Of a stretch of DNA of 64,000 nt, positions 12,993 to 25,869 are shown one piece after another; positions within the stretch are counted from its first letter, which is position 1, and each line of letters begins with the position of its first letter. Under the pieces are notes generated by a model. That model saw only the letters and a program-made list of their open reading frames with translations, searched no databases and was not told the origin of the DNA. Source of the DNA: Octopus sinensis (Eukaryota). The stretch is from assembly GCF_006345805.1 (NCBI RefSeq), contig NC_042998.1, positions 95,790,001-95,854,000 of the forward strand. Reading direction: 5' to 3'. The translations under genes and the position numbers were made by a program.

Positions 12993-13046
12993 ACAAGAAA
13001 AAAGCAACAAGAATGGATTAATCCATTCTTGTTGCTTTTTTCTTGT
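12993..13046. repeat. Perfect 54-bp palindrome
   Basis: acaagaaaaaagcaacaagaatggatt|aatccattcttgttgcttttttcttgt, next to (TA)n. Confidence 0.9.
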
Positions 13047-13164
13047 TTATAATCACCCCACATTATTTTATGGTTAATACCATAAAGATTTCTGGTGCAT
13101 CTAAGTTAAGTACCACATTCATGTGAATTCATTGGAACTCACTTGAATCTTAATTGTTTTACTG

Positions 13165-13213
<49 letters not shown>

Positions 13214-14181
13214 GTATGCATGCATGGAGATAGATAGATAGAGAAGGAGAAAGAAAATAAGAGAGAGAGGGAGGGAAAGAGAGACAGACAGACAAACAGA
13301 GAGACAGGGAGGTTTCTTTTCAATTTGATGCGGTCAATTCATTGAAATTTAATTACAAAGCATTTTCTTTTTTTCTTTCTCCTGTTTTTCTTTCTTTCCA
13401 TTTTATACTTAACATATCTGTAAATAAACATATTTTCTCCCAAGGGCTGGTGACCTTTGGCCGTTGGTATCGCTTTCATTTAATCATTTTTTCGTTTAAC
13501 AATTCATTTTCATAAAGTTTAATTATAATGTTATATGTCCCCATGTCTCTTGGTGTCCCCTTCTGTGTCGCCCCTAGTGGGTAATAAAGAATCACCAAGG
13601 GCTGGTGACCTTTCAAAGATGTCAAGTAGGATGGAAAAAAGAAGAAAAGTGGGGAGGGTGCGGTCATCACTAAAAAAATATAAAAGAGTTCAAAGTTCAA
13701 AGTCCTATGAAAATGTTTATCCTTTTACACTTGTATAGCCAACTCCCATTTTCTGTGTAATTCCATGTTTTGCATGAACAAACATTAAGTATTAGTACAA
13801 TATTCATAAATTAGGAAAATAAAGTCAGAATGTCAAAGAATAACTCAGTTTATTCCCCATGTATATTTAATCAAACATCATAAATGAGTTTCGCATATAT
13901 ATTGTATATTTAGCTGGAAGCCACTCTGTAGGATATAAATTATATACTAAAGCAGGGCCTACATAAATATATTTTTGAGTATCTTTCATTCTTTTGTAGG
14001 ATTTTTTCTTGCTTGCTTGGATAAGAGAATTCAAAAGAGATCTTTTTCACGAATTACTTTGCCAAGTAGCTACATTAGATACCTTTCCTAATCAGTGGTA
14101 AAATGGTTCTAATATTCTTTCTCGGGTATATGTAAGTTCTGTAAGAAAAACAGCTGCCAAAATCTCAACGTTATATATATA

Positions 14182-14238
<57 letters not shown>

Positions 14239-14399
14239 CTGATCAGTTAAAGAGATCAATGTCATGTTATTAACATTGGAGTCACATTCAGAAACAACAG
14301 TAATAATGTAATATAAATGTTTGTTCTGCATCCATCATCATTACCATTAAAATAATAATAATAGTAGTAGTAGTAGTAGTAGTAGTAATAATAATAATG

Positions 14400-15705
14400 T
14401 AGATCCCCTGCTTCTCTTCCAAACATTTAATTTTGCAGAGAATTTTTTGATGATGTTGCTCCATTGCTGTCCAGAATTTTAGGTCATAGCTTGAAGATTT
14501 GTAAAAGGGAAAGATTTTGAATTTTCCTTCACCAGTGGAATCTTGCACAATTCCTCTTGTCGGAAGCGTTGTCCGTGGATTCTTGCATGTTGGCAGAGGG
14601 AATTGTTTGTTCTGCCAATGTAATTTTCCTTGTAGTTGGGGAAAGTAGTACAGTATATAAGATTCTGCATCTTGCAGTTCATATCTGCATTTACTCTGAA
14701 TGAGAATCTGCTCTTGGATTTTATGTGGGAACCCATTCTAAGTATTTAAAGTCGTTGTTGTTGCATTTTCCACAGCTGTTATCACTACATTCTTTTATGG
14801 AGAATTCTGATTCATTCTCTGATATGAATTTTGCTCTTGTGAGGTAGTTTTTGAGCTTTATGTTTGGCGTCCACCGTTTCGTAAGTGGTTGTTGTCAATC
14901 AGATCTTTAATTTTGGGGATTTGTAGAAGTATAGATAAGTTTGAGTTTATGATGTGAAAAATGTTGGCTTCCTCAGGATTGTGCATATTGATAAATGGAA
15001 TTGTGTTTTCATTAATTTTTTCCTTTGGTATCCTTAGCTGTGCGATGTTCAGCTTCATTGCCTTTTTAATTCCATCGTTTATTAATCACAAGGGGTGTTT
15101 CTGCTTTGTTAGGAAGATTTTGAACTCGTTGAGTCGGATTTGACGTATTTTGGGGTCAATCACTACAATACAGATACGTCTTGCCATGCTGTATGGGATG
15201 TTCCTTTTGATGTGGAAGGATGGCAAGAGTAGAAGCTCAAATATTGGTTGCGTGTCCGGTTTTTTTTTTGTAAAATAAGTCTTATAAAATATGACTGTGT
15301 AGTTGTGAATTTTTATGTGAATATCCAGGAATGGCAGTCCATTGCAACTGGATTGTGTCGTGAATTTGATGGATGGGTGAAGTGTGTTGAGTATATTATT
15401 AAATATTTGTAGGTTCTCATTTGATTTGTCCCAAAAAATGAAGCAGCCATCGAGGAAGCGTTTCCACTTTTCAATGATGTATTTATTGTAATCCTAATTA
15501 AAAGCTCTCTCTACTTCCTCATAAACCTTTTCTTCCAAGTACATCATGACTAGGTTAGCATATGAGGGTGCAAACCGCCTCCTCATAGCCGAGCCCTTTA
15601 TCTACCGATATGTTTTATTATCAAATCTAAAGGTGTTTTCTTCTAGTACCAGGTGTGTGGCCTTGATGATGGAGTCAGTTTTGAAGCGTTCATGTCCTGA
15701 AATCT
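14400..15705 (-). pseudogene. Penelope-like element RT plus GIY-YIG endonuclease, decayed and 5'-truncated
   Basis: ENTFRFDNKTYR and downstream FAPSYANL / WKRFLDG / LHPSIKFT / LPFLDI RT motifs; NLIYCTTFPNYKENYIGRT is a GIY-YIG motif; frameshifts and stops. Confidence 0.88.
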
Positions 15706-16327
15706 CTCTCTCTCTCTCTCTCTCTTTAACTAGTCCCCCCCTCTTTGCTTTCTCTCTCTTCTCCTTTTTTCCAAAAAGCAAAAACAATATTCTCCTCTCC
15801 TAATCAATGCAAAAAAAAAAAAAAAATCCACCGATTTTATAAATGAACAACGTAACGTCCTGTTTTAACCGTTTTGATTTCGATTTTGTCGTGAGTTCGA
15901 AAAACGAACGAAAGCGCTAATAAAGGATTATCCAAAATTCTAACTGCCTCCTTTTTCTCAATATATATATATATATATAGCATTAAAGACCTGTCGTTGC
16001 CGGGTCATAGTGCTAGTGCATGTATATATGTATATATATATGTGTACATATTACATGTACATCTATATATATACATCTACACATAAAATACAAAATACAA
16101 AGTTATATCTTGATATCGCTAGTGATAACAATTTTTTTCCGGGACGTCCTACGTCCCAGATATAAAGGTAAAAATAAAATATTTCCACTTTGCAAGTTCG
16201 AGTCGAGTACTCCCTTGCACGCTCCGTTGACTCGAACCTTGCTTCTATTGTGGCGAATTTACCGCCTCTGATTTGATACCTTTCATAGTCGCACCAAGAT
16301 ACTTTTCGAAGGTGCTTTCCTCCATGT

Positions 16328-18005
16328 AATTTCTTTATTACCCACCAGGGGCTACGAAGAATGGCGGACATAACAAAACATGGGGGACATAGAACAATAT
16401 GATTAAATTTATGAGCAAATGAATATTAAAATGAAAAAATGATATATTGAAAGCGATGCTAACGGCCCCTCCGCCAGCATCACTTACTGTCCTTTTGTTT
16501 TCACTGTCACCTGAATGTTCATTCCCAATACGAAGACCATCCATATCCATTCTTACTCCGAAACTGTCCTCCATATTTTCCACGATTCATTACTATTCTT
16601 GTATCTTTCACCTCCCAATTCTCCCTTTCACACCTCAACACAAACTCATCTATATTCTTCTTTTCCAGCACTGCATATCTGGTCCCATCCATTTCATACC
16701 ATTCATACTCCTCCATTACCCTTGACTTCTTTCTGTTCAGTCACAATATAAATGTTCGGCCTGGGTTCGTTTTCAAACTCTTGTCTGTCTGTATTTTATT
16801 TTCTTTTGTTTTCTTGTTGGAGGGGAGCGGGTGGGTTCACTGTCTGCAGGGGAAGGGTGGGATTCAGAGGGTGCGGGTGGTGTTGGGGTGGGTTGGGGCT
16901 TCGCACAGTTTTTCTTTTTCTTTCTTTTTCTCTTTTTTCTTCCTTCTTCCCACTCTTGTTGCATCTCCTCTTCTTCGGTCGTTTCTTTCTTTTTCCGTTT
17001 GGTTCTCTTTGGTTTATTCCTCTTTTGGGGCTTCCGCGCCGATTTCTTTTCTTTTCTTTTGGTGGGGGAGGGCAGTAGGCTCTTATGTGACCCCTCTGGC
17101 ACACTTGTAGCACCTGGGCGCCCTACCCTCCACCCACACTCTCATAATAATATTTCCAGTTTTTATACTGTCCGTAAGTTTTCTATAACTTCCGCCTCCG
17201 TCTGTATGTTCATTTCTAGTGTGGCACCTCTCACGCCTTCATATTTCATAATGGGTGGAGGATGTCCACTTTATCTTCATTTCCTTTGATAACCGCAGCC
17301 GTTATTAATTCGCCCTCTAGGTGTGGAGGTATTCCCACCACCCTAATTCTGGTGGTCCTTCTATTCAAATACGAGGGGAACAAGTAAATCTTTTCTGTAC
17401 TCACCACCTTGGCTGCTATATTCCTGGCTGCTTTCTCACTTTTAAATTGTACCATTATGGTTCCATATTCTAATCCTTTGTGTCATGTACACAATTTCTT
17501 CTCCTGTCTGTTTGAGAGCCTCTTCAATTGCTTCCATGTTAATCACTTCCATTTTTCTACCTCCATTCATAAATACTTTATATTTAATGGTTCTACGATG
17601 GAACCAGTCTCCGCGCCCTGCTGGAGGCAGCAGCTCGACCTCTCCGTTCTCGTCCTCCTTCATGAACTCCTGGAAGCCCGTCAACTTAGCCAGGTCTATC
17701 TCTTTTTCTGTTGACTTCTTCGTTATACCTGCGTAGGTGCTTTCCATTTTTTCCACCGCCAACTCCTCCTCAGATGTCGACGAATTTTCAGAGAAATTTC
17801 TCCCTTCCATCTCATCCGTTTAGTAGAGGCGGCTTATAGTCGCCTCAGACCGAAAAACGGCCTCCCGAACAGAAAACGTGCGACGCACAGAACCAGTGCG
17901 ACGCGAAAAACCGCACCAACCGACGTTCCATTCCGCAACCACAATTCACTTTTTGTTCTTTTTCTTTTTTAACCGAATTTTACAGAGCGCAAAAAAACGC
18001 GACCT
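16328..18005 (-). mobile_element. Tx1/L1-like element carrying only a frameshifted ORF1 (gag-like, CCHC knuckle) and a LINE-type 3' tail
   Basis: ORF pieces 17442-17810, 17246-17455 (FPSYLNRRTTRIRVVGIPP) and ~16773-17120 (RCYKC..RGHIRAYCP across a frameshift); ends cccctggtgggtaataaagaaat. Confidence 0.65.
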
Positions 18006-18320
18006 TTTTTCTCTACATTGTATACTTTATAGACAATAGTCTTTTCTTTAATTTAATATTTTATTATCCATCTGGACTATTCCATTTCTGCACGCTAATT
18101 TTATTTTTAATTTATTCCCATTCATGTGAAACCACTTATTCAAGTTCAAATCATTGATGCAATTTTATACCAATTGCTATTTTTACTTTTGTTATGTTAC
18201 TTTAGTTTGATTTTAATTATTACTTACTACATATAATTCAATTGTTATCATTATTTTTATTGTTAAAGTGAAAGTATCTGACATAAAATAGAGAAACGTT
18301 TTTGTTTCACTTTTAACACG

Positions 18321-18365
<45 letters not shown>

Positions 18366-18584
18366 CTAGCGGTTCGGTAAAAAGACCGATAAAATAAATA
18401 TTAGGCGTACAAAGAATAAGTCCTGGGGTCGATTTGCTCGACTAAAGGCGGTGCTCCAGCATGGCCTCAGTCAAATGACTGAAAAAAGTAAAAGAGAGTA
18501 AAAGAGAAAAGAGAATATTGCATAAGCATTTTATAAGCATTTTATAAGCATTTTTATAATGTTTCTTTCTTTTCTGGAAACTCG

Positions 18585-18652
18585 CCGCGTACCGGTAGCT
18601 GATGGCTCGTGGCATCGGCACCGGTCCGCGGACCGCCATTTTGAGTAGCACT
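18585..18652. mobile_element. hAT-like transposon terminus
   Basis: Reverse complement cagtgctactcaaaatggcggtccgcggaccgg resembles hAT/Charlie-type ends. Confidence 0.5.
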
Positions 18653-19220
18653 GATGTAAACGATATTTTGTAAACAAAAATGTTTAATATTTAATTCCAT
18701 ATCTATATTGATATATCTGTGTGTGTGCGCGTGTGTGAATATGAAACTGATAAAGTGATTATAAATTACGATAAAAATTGCTGTTTTATTTTATACCGAA
18801 AACAATATATATAAAGAATACAATAAAAATTAATCATATTTTTTAAAATCTTATATCTATTTTGTAAACAAGTAATACAATATTATAGGCGCAGGAGTGG
18901 CTGTATGGTAAGTCACTTGCTTACTAACCAGCGTCTTTCGAGTAAAACTTTTGGAAGCTGTTCGCCTGCTTTACCGCCTTTCACTGTCACTCATTCCCAC
19001 TTCGTTTGTTGTTTTACTCCTGTTTCTCTCTAGCTGGAATGTATTACTGCCTCCTTTACGAAGGATCAGTATGTTTGGTGCAGATCCCACTGATTGGTGT
19101 ATAAACCTTACTATTTTAATTTTAACCTTTGGATTTATACATCATCAACCAGCTATTTATTTTTGTTTGTGACATGCTGTTTCTGTGGTTAGCACAGTAT
19201 TTTGGCGAAATTCTATAAAG

Positions 19221-19569
19221 CAGTAGGCCTCGACCGGGGTTCATACGGCCCCTGAGGGTCCATATAAGATTTCGGGTGTCTATGCAACAAAATAGTAAAA
19301 TAGAGATCCACAATAGTATTTTAAGGGCCTCTGAAAAATGTTGCTTTAGATGTATGTATTTGGTTCGTATTGCAAGAAACAGCTAGATTTCTTTGTCTAA
19401 CTATTCTACATAGTTCAACCTACACAAGTCCATGTGTGAAAAACCATATAGAAATTTTGAAAGAAGTTTCTATAAAACTAGTTTTAAACATCGGATGGTT
19501 ATGGGGGACCACCAGAATAAAATAGTAATCAAAGGGGTTCATAGATTAAAAAATGGCTGAGAATGGTTG
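19221..19569. mobile_element. Degenerate hAT-like MITE
   Basis: Ends cagtaggcctcgaccggggtt... and ...aaggggttcatagattaaaaaatggctgagaatggttg resemble hAT subterminal patterns. Confidence 0.45.
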
Positions 19570-20373
19570 AGTATAGATGTCTTGTCTGCTAATGTTTTTC
19601 TTATGTAGTTTTGTTTGTGCTGCTGTGTAGTGTAGTGCATTGTAATTAATTCTTGGAAGTATATGGTGAGCTGATCCGAGGATAGGTTAAATATAAATAA
19701 GAACATGGGCTATTCCTTTCAAAGAGCGAGTGTAACTGGAAGACGCTTCTATGTTCGTGACATCTTATTTTAAGACATCACGAAGTGATAGAAACCGTAT
19801 GTGGAAGTGCATAAAAAGAAAGTTTCAAAATTGTGTTAATGTGACACTTTTTAGAGTATTTTATTATGTTTCTATTGTCAGTACGTGAGATAAAAAAAAA
19901 AAAAACAGGTATTTGCAAGGAAAAAGCTAGGTGAAATGTTGCATTGTAGGGAATCGGTTGGAGTGACTAGATTAGCCAATGGCTTCGTTTAGTTCCTGCT
20001 GAATACGAACAAATCACTCTTGATGATTGGTTCCTAATATCTAATAATAACTTCTTTGATTTGCAAGCTACCGACATTTCGATTTGTAGCTCTAATAGTA
20101 AAGACAATGTCTTTGTTCTGGCATTTATCTAAGTGTTTTTTTTTTTTTAGTATTTGAATGATGAAATGCCTTCGTGTAGGTGTTTTTATTAAATGCCAAA
20201 CCTTAATGCCACTTATTAGAATGTACACTCCATCCGAAAGACGACGGAAATTCGCACAAACATTTCATGTACTGTGAGTAGGACAGCTGGCAAACGTGCG
20301 TCAGTTGTTAATGTCAGGTTCTGAGCGGGCATTTCCTCCATAGGCTTTTTATAATTAAAATCCTGAATAAACC

Positions 20374-20441
<68 letters not shown>

Positions 20442-20689
20442 GCCCGAATACCTTTGCAGAATGCAGTAGTTGTTCTGTCGCTGAAGTTTGACAACCTCAA
20501 GGTACAAGTACTGGGGAAATTGCTCCTTTTTTCGGGTTTGAGAGCTGACTGTTGACAAATAAAAGATGTTAAGCAGCCGTTAATTTCCAGCGTCTTTTCG
20601 AACAGCTTGATATTGGTAGTTTGATATCTTGTCTTGTATTTGTCATTAATACGACTGAACATTTGTAGCCCCTCCTAACGCCTAGACGC

Positions 20690-20900
20690 GTTAGCGCGCC
20701 GGGTGAAATGCTTAGCAGTATTTCGTCTGCCGTTACGTTCTGAGTTCAAATTCCGCCGGGGTCGACTTTGCCTTTCATCCTTTCGGGGTCGATAAATAAA
20801 GTACCAGTTTCGCACTGGGGTTGATGTAATCGATTTAATCCCTTTGTCTGTCCTTGTTTGTCCCCTCTGTGTTTAGCTCCTTGTGGGCAATAAAGAAATA
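20690..20900 (+). mobile_element. SINE family B with Tx1-like 3' tail
   Basis: gagttcaaattccgccggggtcgactttgcctttcatcctttcggggtcgat core; tail ctccttgtgggcaataaagaaata. Confidence 0.85.
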
Positions 20901-21469
20901 TAATATAATCTGTATGAATATAGCTGTCTTTGTACAGAGGGCTAACTCCAAATAGATTAAACAGATCTCTGCAGACAGCTTTCCTGTAGAGATTTGTACA
21001 AATATTACTCCGTGATGATTATGAGTTGAAAATTCAGTGAATTGAGAGATCATGAGTCGCCAGTGTGTTCGGCTTGCAACTAATTGCAGTTCAGTTTAAT
21101 TTGTTGCCAATCAATTCGTCGCCAGTATCCAAGTCAGAATACCCCTATGTTTATTAAATGGTGTTTAAAAACGTGTTAAAAAGACATTAAGAAATACAAA
21201 CTTCTTTTGGTTAATATGAAAACGTGAGAAATAACAACGATTGGAATGTAATGTAGAGAGAAAAAAAATTGAAAGCATTAGGACAACATCCTTGCTTTTG
21301 TAAAAACTTCTATTTCATTTTCTTTCCTTTACTTTACTGAACACACCAAAGCAAACAAACTTGCGTATAATTGCGCGTAGAGTAATTTTATAGGTTATAT
21401 AAATAATGTTTTCTTTAATAATAATAATAAAGAAAATTATAAATAACTAAATGACATTAGCTTATTTAA

Positions 21470-21610
21470 TATACTGTTGTGTTTGGGGAGAGTCATTTTC
21501 TTATTGTGCCTTATAATTTAACACACTCACCGGTAAAATTTCTACTTATTTCTTATTTTTAGTTTCCTAAAATTTTCGTTACACTCTTGCAAACTTTTCC
21601 ATAGTCTTGA
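21470..21610. repeat. Dispersed repeat, second copy at 38727-38865
   Basis: atactgttgtgtttggggagagtcattttc...acacactcaccggtaaaattt...atagtctt shared between the two loci. Confidence 0.8.
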
Positions 21611-21962
21611 CTCTGTCCGTTATTTACACTGGTCTCCTTTTTGTTTGTTTGTGCACATGTGTGTGGGTCAGTGTATGTGTGTGTGCCTATGCATGCATGT
21701 ACGTATGTATGTATGTATGTATGTATGTATGTATGTATGTATGTATGTGTATCTCTATATGTGTGGACACATGTCTCCATATAGGTCCTTGTGTGGGAGT
21801 AAAGTGAAGTGAAGTGGAGTAAAGTCTCCATTTCATTTGTCTGTTCATATAACCTATGTACCTCTCCGTCTGTATTTAATATATTTTAAAAGATTATCAA
21901 GATCATAAAAAAATGCCAACTAAAAACTGGAGCTGTTACTCCTCCTCCTCCTCCTCCTCCTC

Positions 21963-22034
<72 letters not shown>

Positions 22035-22629
22035 TGCTGACCCCCAAGGGTGTGAGACCTCTTTTGTCTTTTTATCACACAGGAATGTTCACTGCTGATC
22101 CGCTTGCCAATGTATTTACAGAATAATAGAATTTGGTCTATTCACCAAGCTGCTTCTCTTTCTTCTACTCTCAAGACGGTTACAAAACCAGTGATTGTGG
22201 AGCACATGATATGACCAGTAAAGGAACTAAAAATTAGTTGAGAATGACCCCTGGATTACCATTCATACAGGGCGCGCAAAAGATAGTATTAAGTGTTAGC
22301 TGCAAACGTAAACAGACTGTATATGAAAAGAAAGAATTGTGGCAGCGGACTAATTAGTATAGACCATTATATAAGGAGTGAAAGGTGAAGATCTGCTGCA
22401 ATATACCGGGATTCATATTATTATTGATAATTTTAAATACTATAGGTAGAACGATGGCGGTAATGATAATCACTGTGGTTATGGAGGCGACACAATGCAA
22501 GAACGTTATTTATATATATGTGTATGTACATACATGTGCGCGTGTATATACAAATAAAGAGAGGAAGAGAGAGATGGGAACTCAGCAACTCTTGTAGGAA
22601 CCCCACGAGCGACTCAAGAAATCATGATG

Positions 22630-23290
22630 CAACACAACAAGAAAAGAATTAACGGTGAGAATGAAGCTATAGCCGATCATGGTGAAGATTTCCCGCACGG
22701 GACGTCCAAAACTCCCCGCGTCAGGGGCAGTGAGCTGGCCTCGGACGGTTGGTATGTCACAACAGATCACGTACACGGTGCGCGCAAAAACAGACATAAG
22801 TGGAGGATGGAAGAGTACGATATACTTATTGAATGTCATGAAAGAGCGAAGCTGGATAGAAGTCGTGGAGTAGGCTGATGTACCTTCAAATTTTGGATGG
22901 AAAATGTCAGAAAATAAACTAATGAACTAAGTGAGAGTGGTTAGGAGGAAGGGTTACATTAACTGGAGTAGAAATATCTCGGATTGGTGAGAGTCTGAGA
23001 GACCCTGCGGATGGACTACAAAGGACGGTCGGAGTTGAAAACAGGGAGCTAGGAGTTGAAAGCAGAGAGAAGAGCAGACAGGAGGAACAGGGGAATGGCG
23101 AGGGGCTGCTAAAGATGAGGAACAGGAATGTTTTACAGTGAACCCTGATACTGTGGTGGGTGGCAGAATGTTCATAACCAAATATAAAAATCGTTTCAGC
23201 AACATTTGATAAAGAATAATGAGAGAAAACAAGAAGAAAATAATGGTAAAAGAACGTGGAAAAACTGATTTTCACGAAGGTTTCCAATCA
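22630..23290 (+). pseudogene. Decayed 5' ORF region of an R4/Dong-like non-LTR element
   Basis: RKNRHKWRMEEYDILIECHERAK resembles the N-terminal KWT.EE...MECY motif of RLE-type LINEs. Confidence 0.45.
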
Positions 23291-23464
23291 AACCTTGACT
23301 TGGTACCAAAAGAAAATGTTAAAGACTTTTTCACTTCCCGAGCATTAAACTAATACATCTGTTCGTTGTCTACACCACCTGTCTTCGTCTTTTGTTTTTT
23401 TTTTATGAATTCTCTCTCTATATATATACACATATATAGTCAATTCAAACAAAAACAAGCAAGA

Positions 23465-23502
<38 letters not shown>

Positions 23503-23516
23503 ATATATATATATAG

Positions 23517-23563
<47 letters not shown>

Positions 23564-24263
23564 AAGAAAAAAATCCTAAAATCTCAACTTTTTACATTTT
23601 CACCGCACCCCATAACTCACATCTGTCACCTTTTTTGTCTCTTTGACGTATGGGATATCTCTTCCAAAGCTCCGCCCACGTTTATTTATATTTTTTATCT
23701 AAAAATAATCATTCTAATTGTTTTTTTTTCACGATACTGCTGCTCTCTCGAACACAATGCTTTGATCTTGGTTTCCTCTGATCTATGATATTCTTCAGTT
23801 CTTTAAGCTCTCTGTCAACCGACAGAATTGAATTTGTAAGCTCCTCCTTTGTCTTCTCTGTACTACACTGGCCTAGACTTTTGTTTGGGGCTAAAAGAAT
23901 CAGGAAAAAAAAAACTAATCAAATGAAATCATTTTGATCAGCTTTCAAATGTGAAGTTATTTCGGACAGCTTTTATGACACCTTTCTGCATCAGTTCACC
24001 GATTACGTAGTTACTAGTAATGACATAGTTTAAAATTACATCGGCCATTACGCACAAATAGAAAAACTAAGCAAAATTACTCAAATAATTGCCGCACCCT
24101 CAGTGAGTCTCTGAATATGTTCAGATGTACTTTTCATGACATAACTACACCATCCCTGATCCGTTTCTAGTTTAGTTTCGTCTATACTCCCACCTTCCTA
24201 CTACTCCTCATCTCGACTAGCAACATAGTTTTACGCAAGCCAACGCGAGAGAAGGAGGAGTAG

Positions 24264-24305
<42 letters not shown>

Positions 24306-24559
24306 AAAAAAGATAAACAGACAGACAAATAGACTTGAAGGCATGGCTAGAAATGCATGCAGCTCTTCCTTAAATCACACCATGTCGTCATCAACAGAGT
24401 ATTTGATAATGAACATGGGCTTACGAGAGAACCTCTTTTAGAACCTATTAGAAAGAGCTAGCAATTCTCCTTTAGATTCCTCACTGAGGTCTTAAATAAG
24501 GGATATTATTTACATTATTTTCAATTGACGAATATTTGTCCTCATCTTGTTTGTTGTTA

Positions 24560-24604
24560 ACACAAAGTTTTCGGCTGATATACCCTCCAGCCTTCATCAG
24601 GTGT
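24560..24604 (-). ncRNA. Minimal hammerhead ribozyme, inverted copy
   Basis: ACAC CUGAUGA A GGCUG GAGGGUAUAU CAGCC GAAAACUUU GUGU. Confidence 0.6.
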
Positions 24605-24670
24605 CTTGGGGAACGTTTTCTGCTGATATATCCCCCAGCCTTCACCAGGTATCTTGAGTAATTCCCCAAG

Positions 24671-24715
24671 ACACCTGATGAAGGCTGGAGGGTATATCAG
24701 TCGAAAACGTTGTGT
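24671..24715 (+). ncRNA. Minimal type I hammerhead ribozyme of PLE type
   Basis: ACAC CUGAUGA A GGCUG GAGGGUAUAU CAGUC GAAAACGUU GUGU; stem I ACAC/GUGU; palindromic AACGUU in place of stem III. Confidence 0.75.
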
Positions 24716-24996
24716 TAACAACAAACAAGATGAGGACAAATATCCGTCAATTGTAAATAATGTACATAATTCCTCATCTCTTAAATATAGAGCTGTAAAT
24801 AAGAGATATTGAATAATGTAAACATTGACACACTAAAAAAACATGATGGTCACGGTTGGAACACATTTCATCATAGATATGCTTAATCAGAGCAAAGCTG
24901 AAATTAAACAATAGCGACAACATAATACATGCGTAGAAATTAAACTTAGTTAAAAGGTTGAACTTTATCATTCCACTTTAGCTTTTTATAGAAGAT

Positions 24997-25826
24997 TAGT
25001 GGAGGAAAAGTGCGACGCGTTCTTGGGGAGACTTTGGGCGTCGGAAAAGATCAACAAGCCCCTCTTTTCCGGAGAACTTTCGGGCCGAGGGCGATGGATA
25101 ATTTCCAAAAATCTCTGGCCTGACAATGTTACCGAGGCACTTTGCCGAGCATATCCGAGATGCATGCAGGACGACGAGACGGTTCTGCATGCACACGTCC
25201 AGTGCCCGAGCTTTGCTGACCTTTGGTTTTATGTCGAACAGCTGCTGTTGTGTGTGGGACGGATCCGGCTGTCAACTGAATCCATCGTGAAGATCGCCCC
25301 GCCGCCTTCATTTAACAGAGAAAGAAAGACAGTGTTTATATGCCTGGTGGCCTGGCGAAAGAGGTTGTATGGTAGACGTGATTGAAGGGGTTGAAGACAA
25401 AGACTTTTCTCTTTGGCCAATCCCTAAGCAACTTTTCCAAGTTTCAGTTGAAAAAGAAAATAAGGGTAGAGAAGAAAGTGTTGTCTTCTAGCCAGTTTGC
25501 TGAAAGTTGGATGAAAATGGCAAGAATGGCGCGGGTGAACCACCCTGCCCTAAGCATACGCCTGTAGTTGAACATAATAAAGACAGGAAAGGAAAAAAGA
25601 CACCTACCCCAAAAGTCGGGGCGCTCATGGGATTTTTATGAGATTTTTCCATGAGCAGCCCTCGAATATCTCCTCCCTATTGAGGATCACACATTGTTAA
25701 TGTTTAAAATTTTGTTGGTTTTGTTTACATGCAAAACCCTCACAATAACACACACACATTCTTTGTTGCGTCTTGTGCTGTCCATGTTTTACTCAATGTA
25801 AACCCTTGTGGTTAATAAAGAAATCA
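24997..25826 (+). mobile_element. Tx1/L1-like LINE 3' end (ORF2 zinc finger plus 3' UTR)
   Basis: PRCMQDDETVLHAHVQCP...LWFYVEQLL...RIRLSTESIVKIAPP is homologous to the C-terminus of ORF 34173-36062; ends cccttgtggttaataaagaaat. Confidence 0.85.
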
Positions 25827-25869
25827 TTATTATCATTATTAGTTTCATATACACACAACAGATTATACT

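Larger units (their letters stand above)
24490..24795. mobile_element. Inverted pair of Penelope-type pseudo-LTR fragments
   Basis: ~24505-24610 is the reverse complement of ~24665-24765; a partial third copy lies at 24613-24654. Confidence 0.8.
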
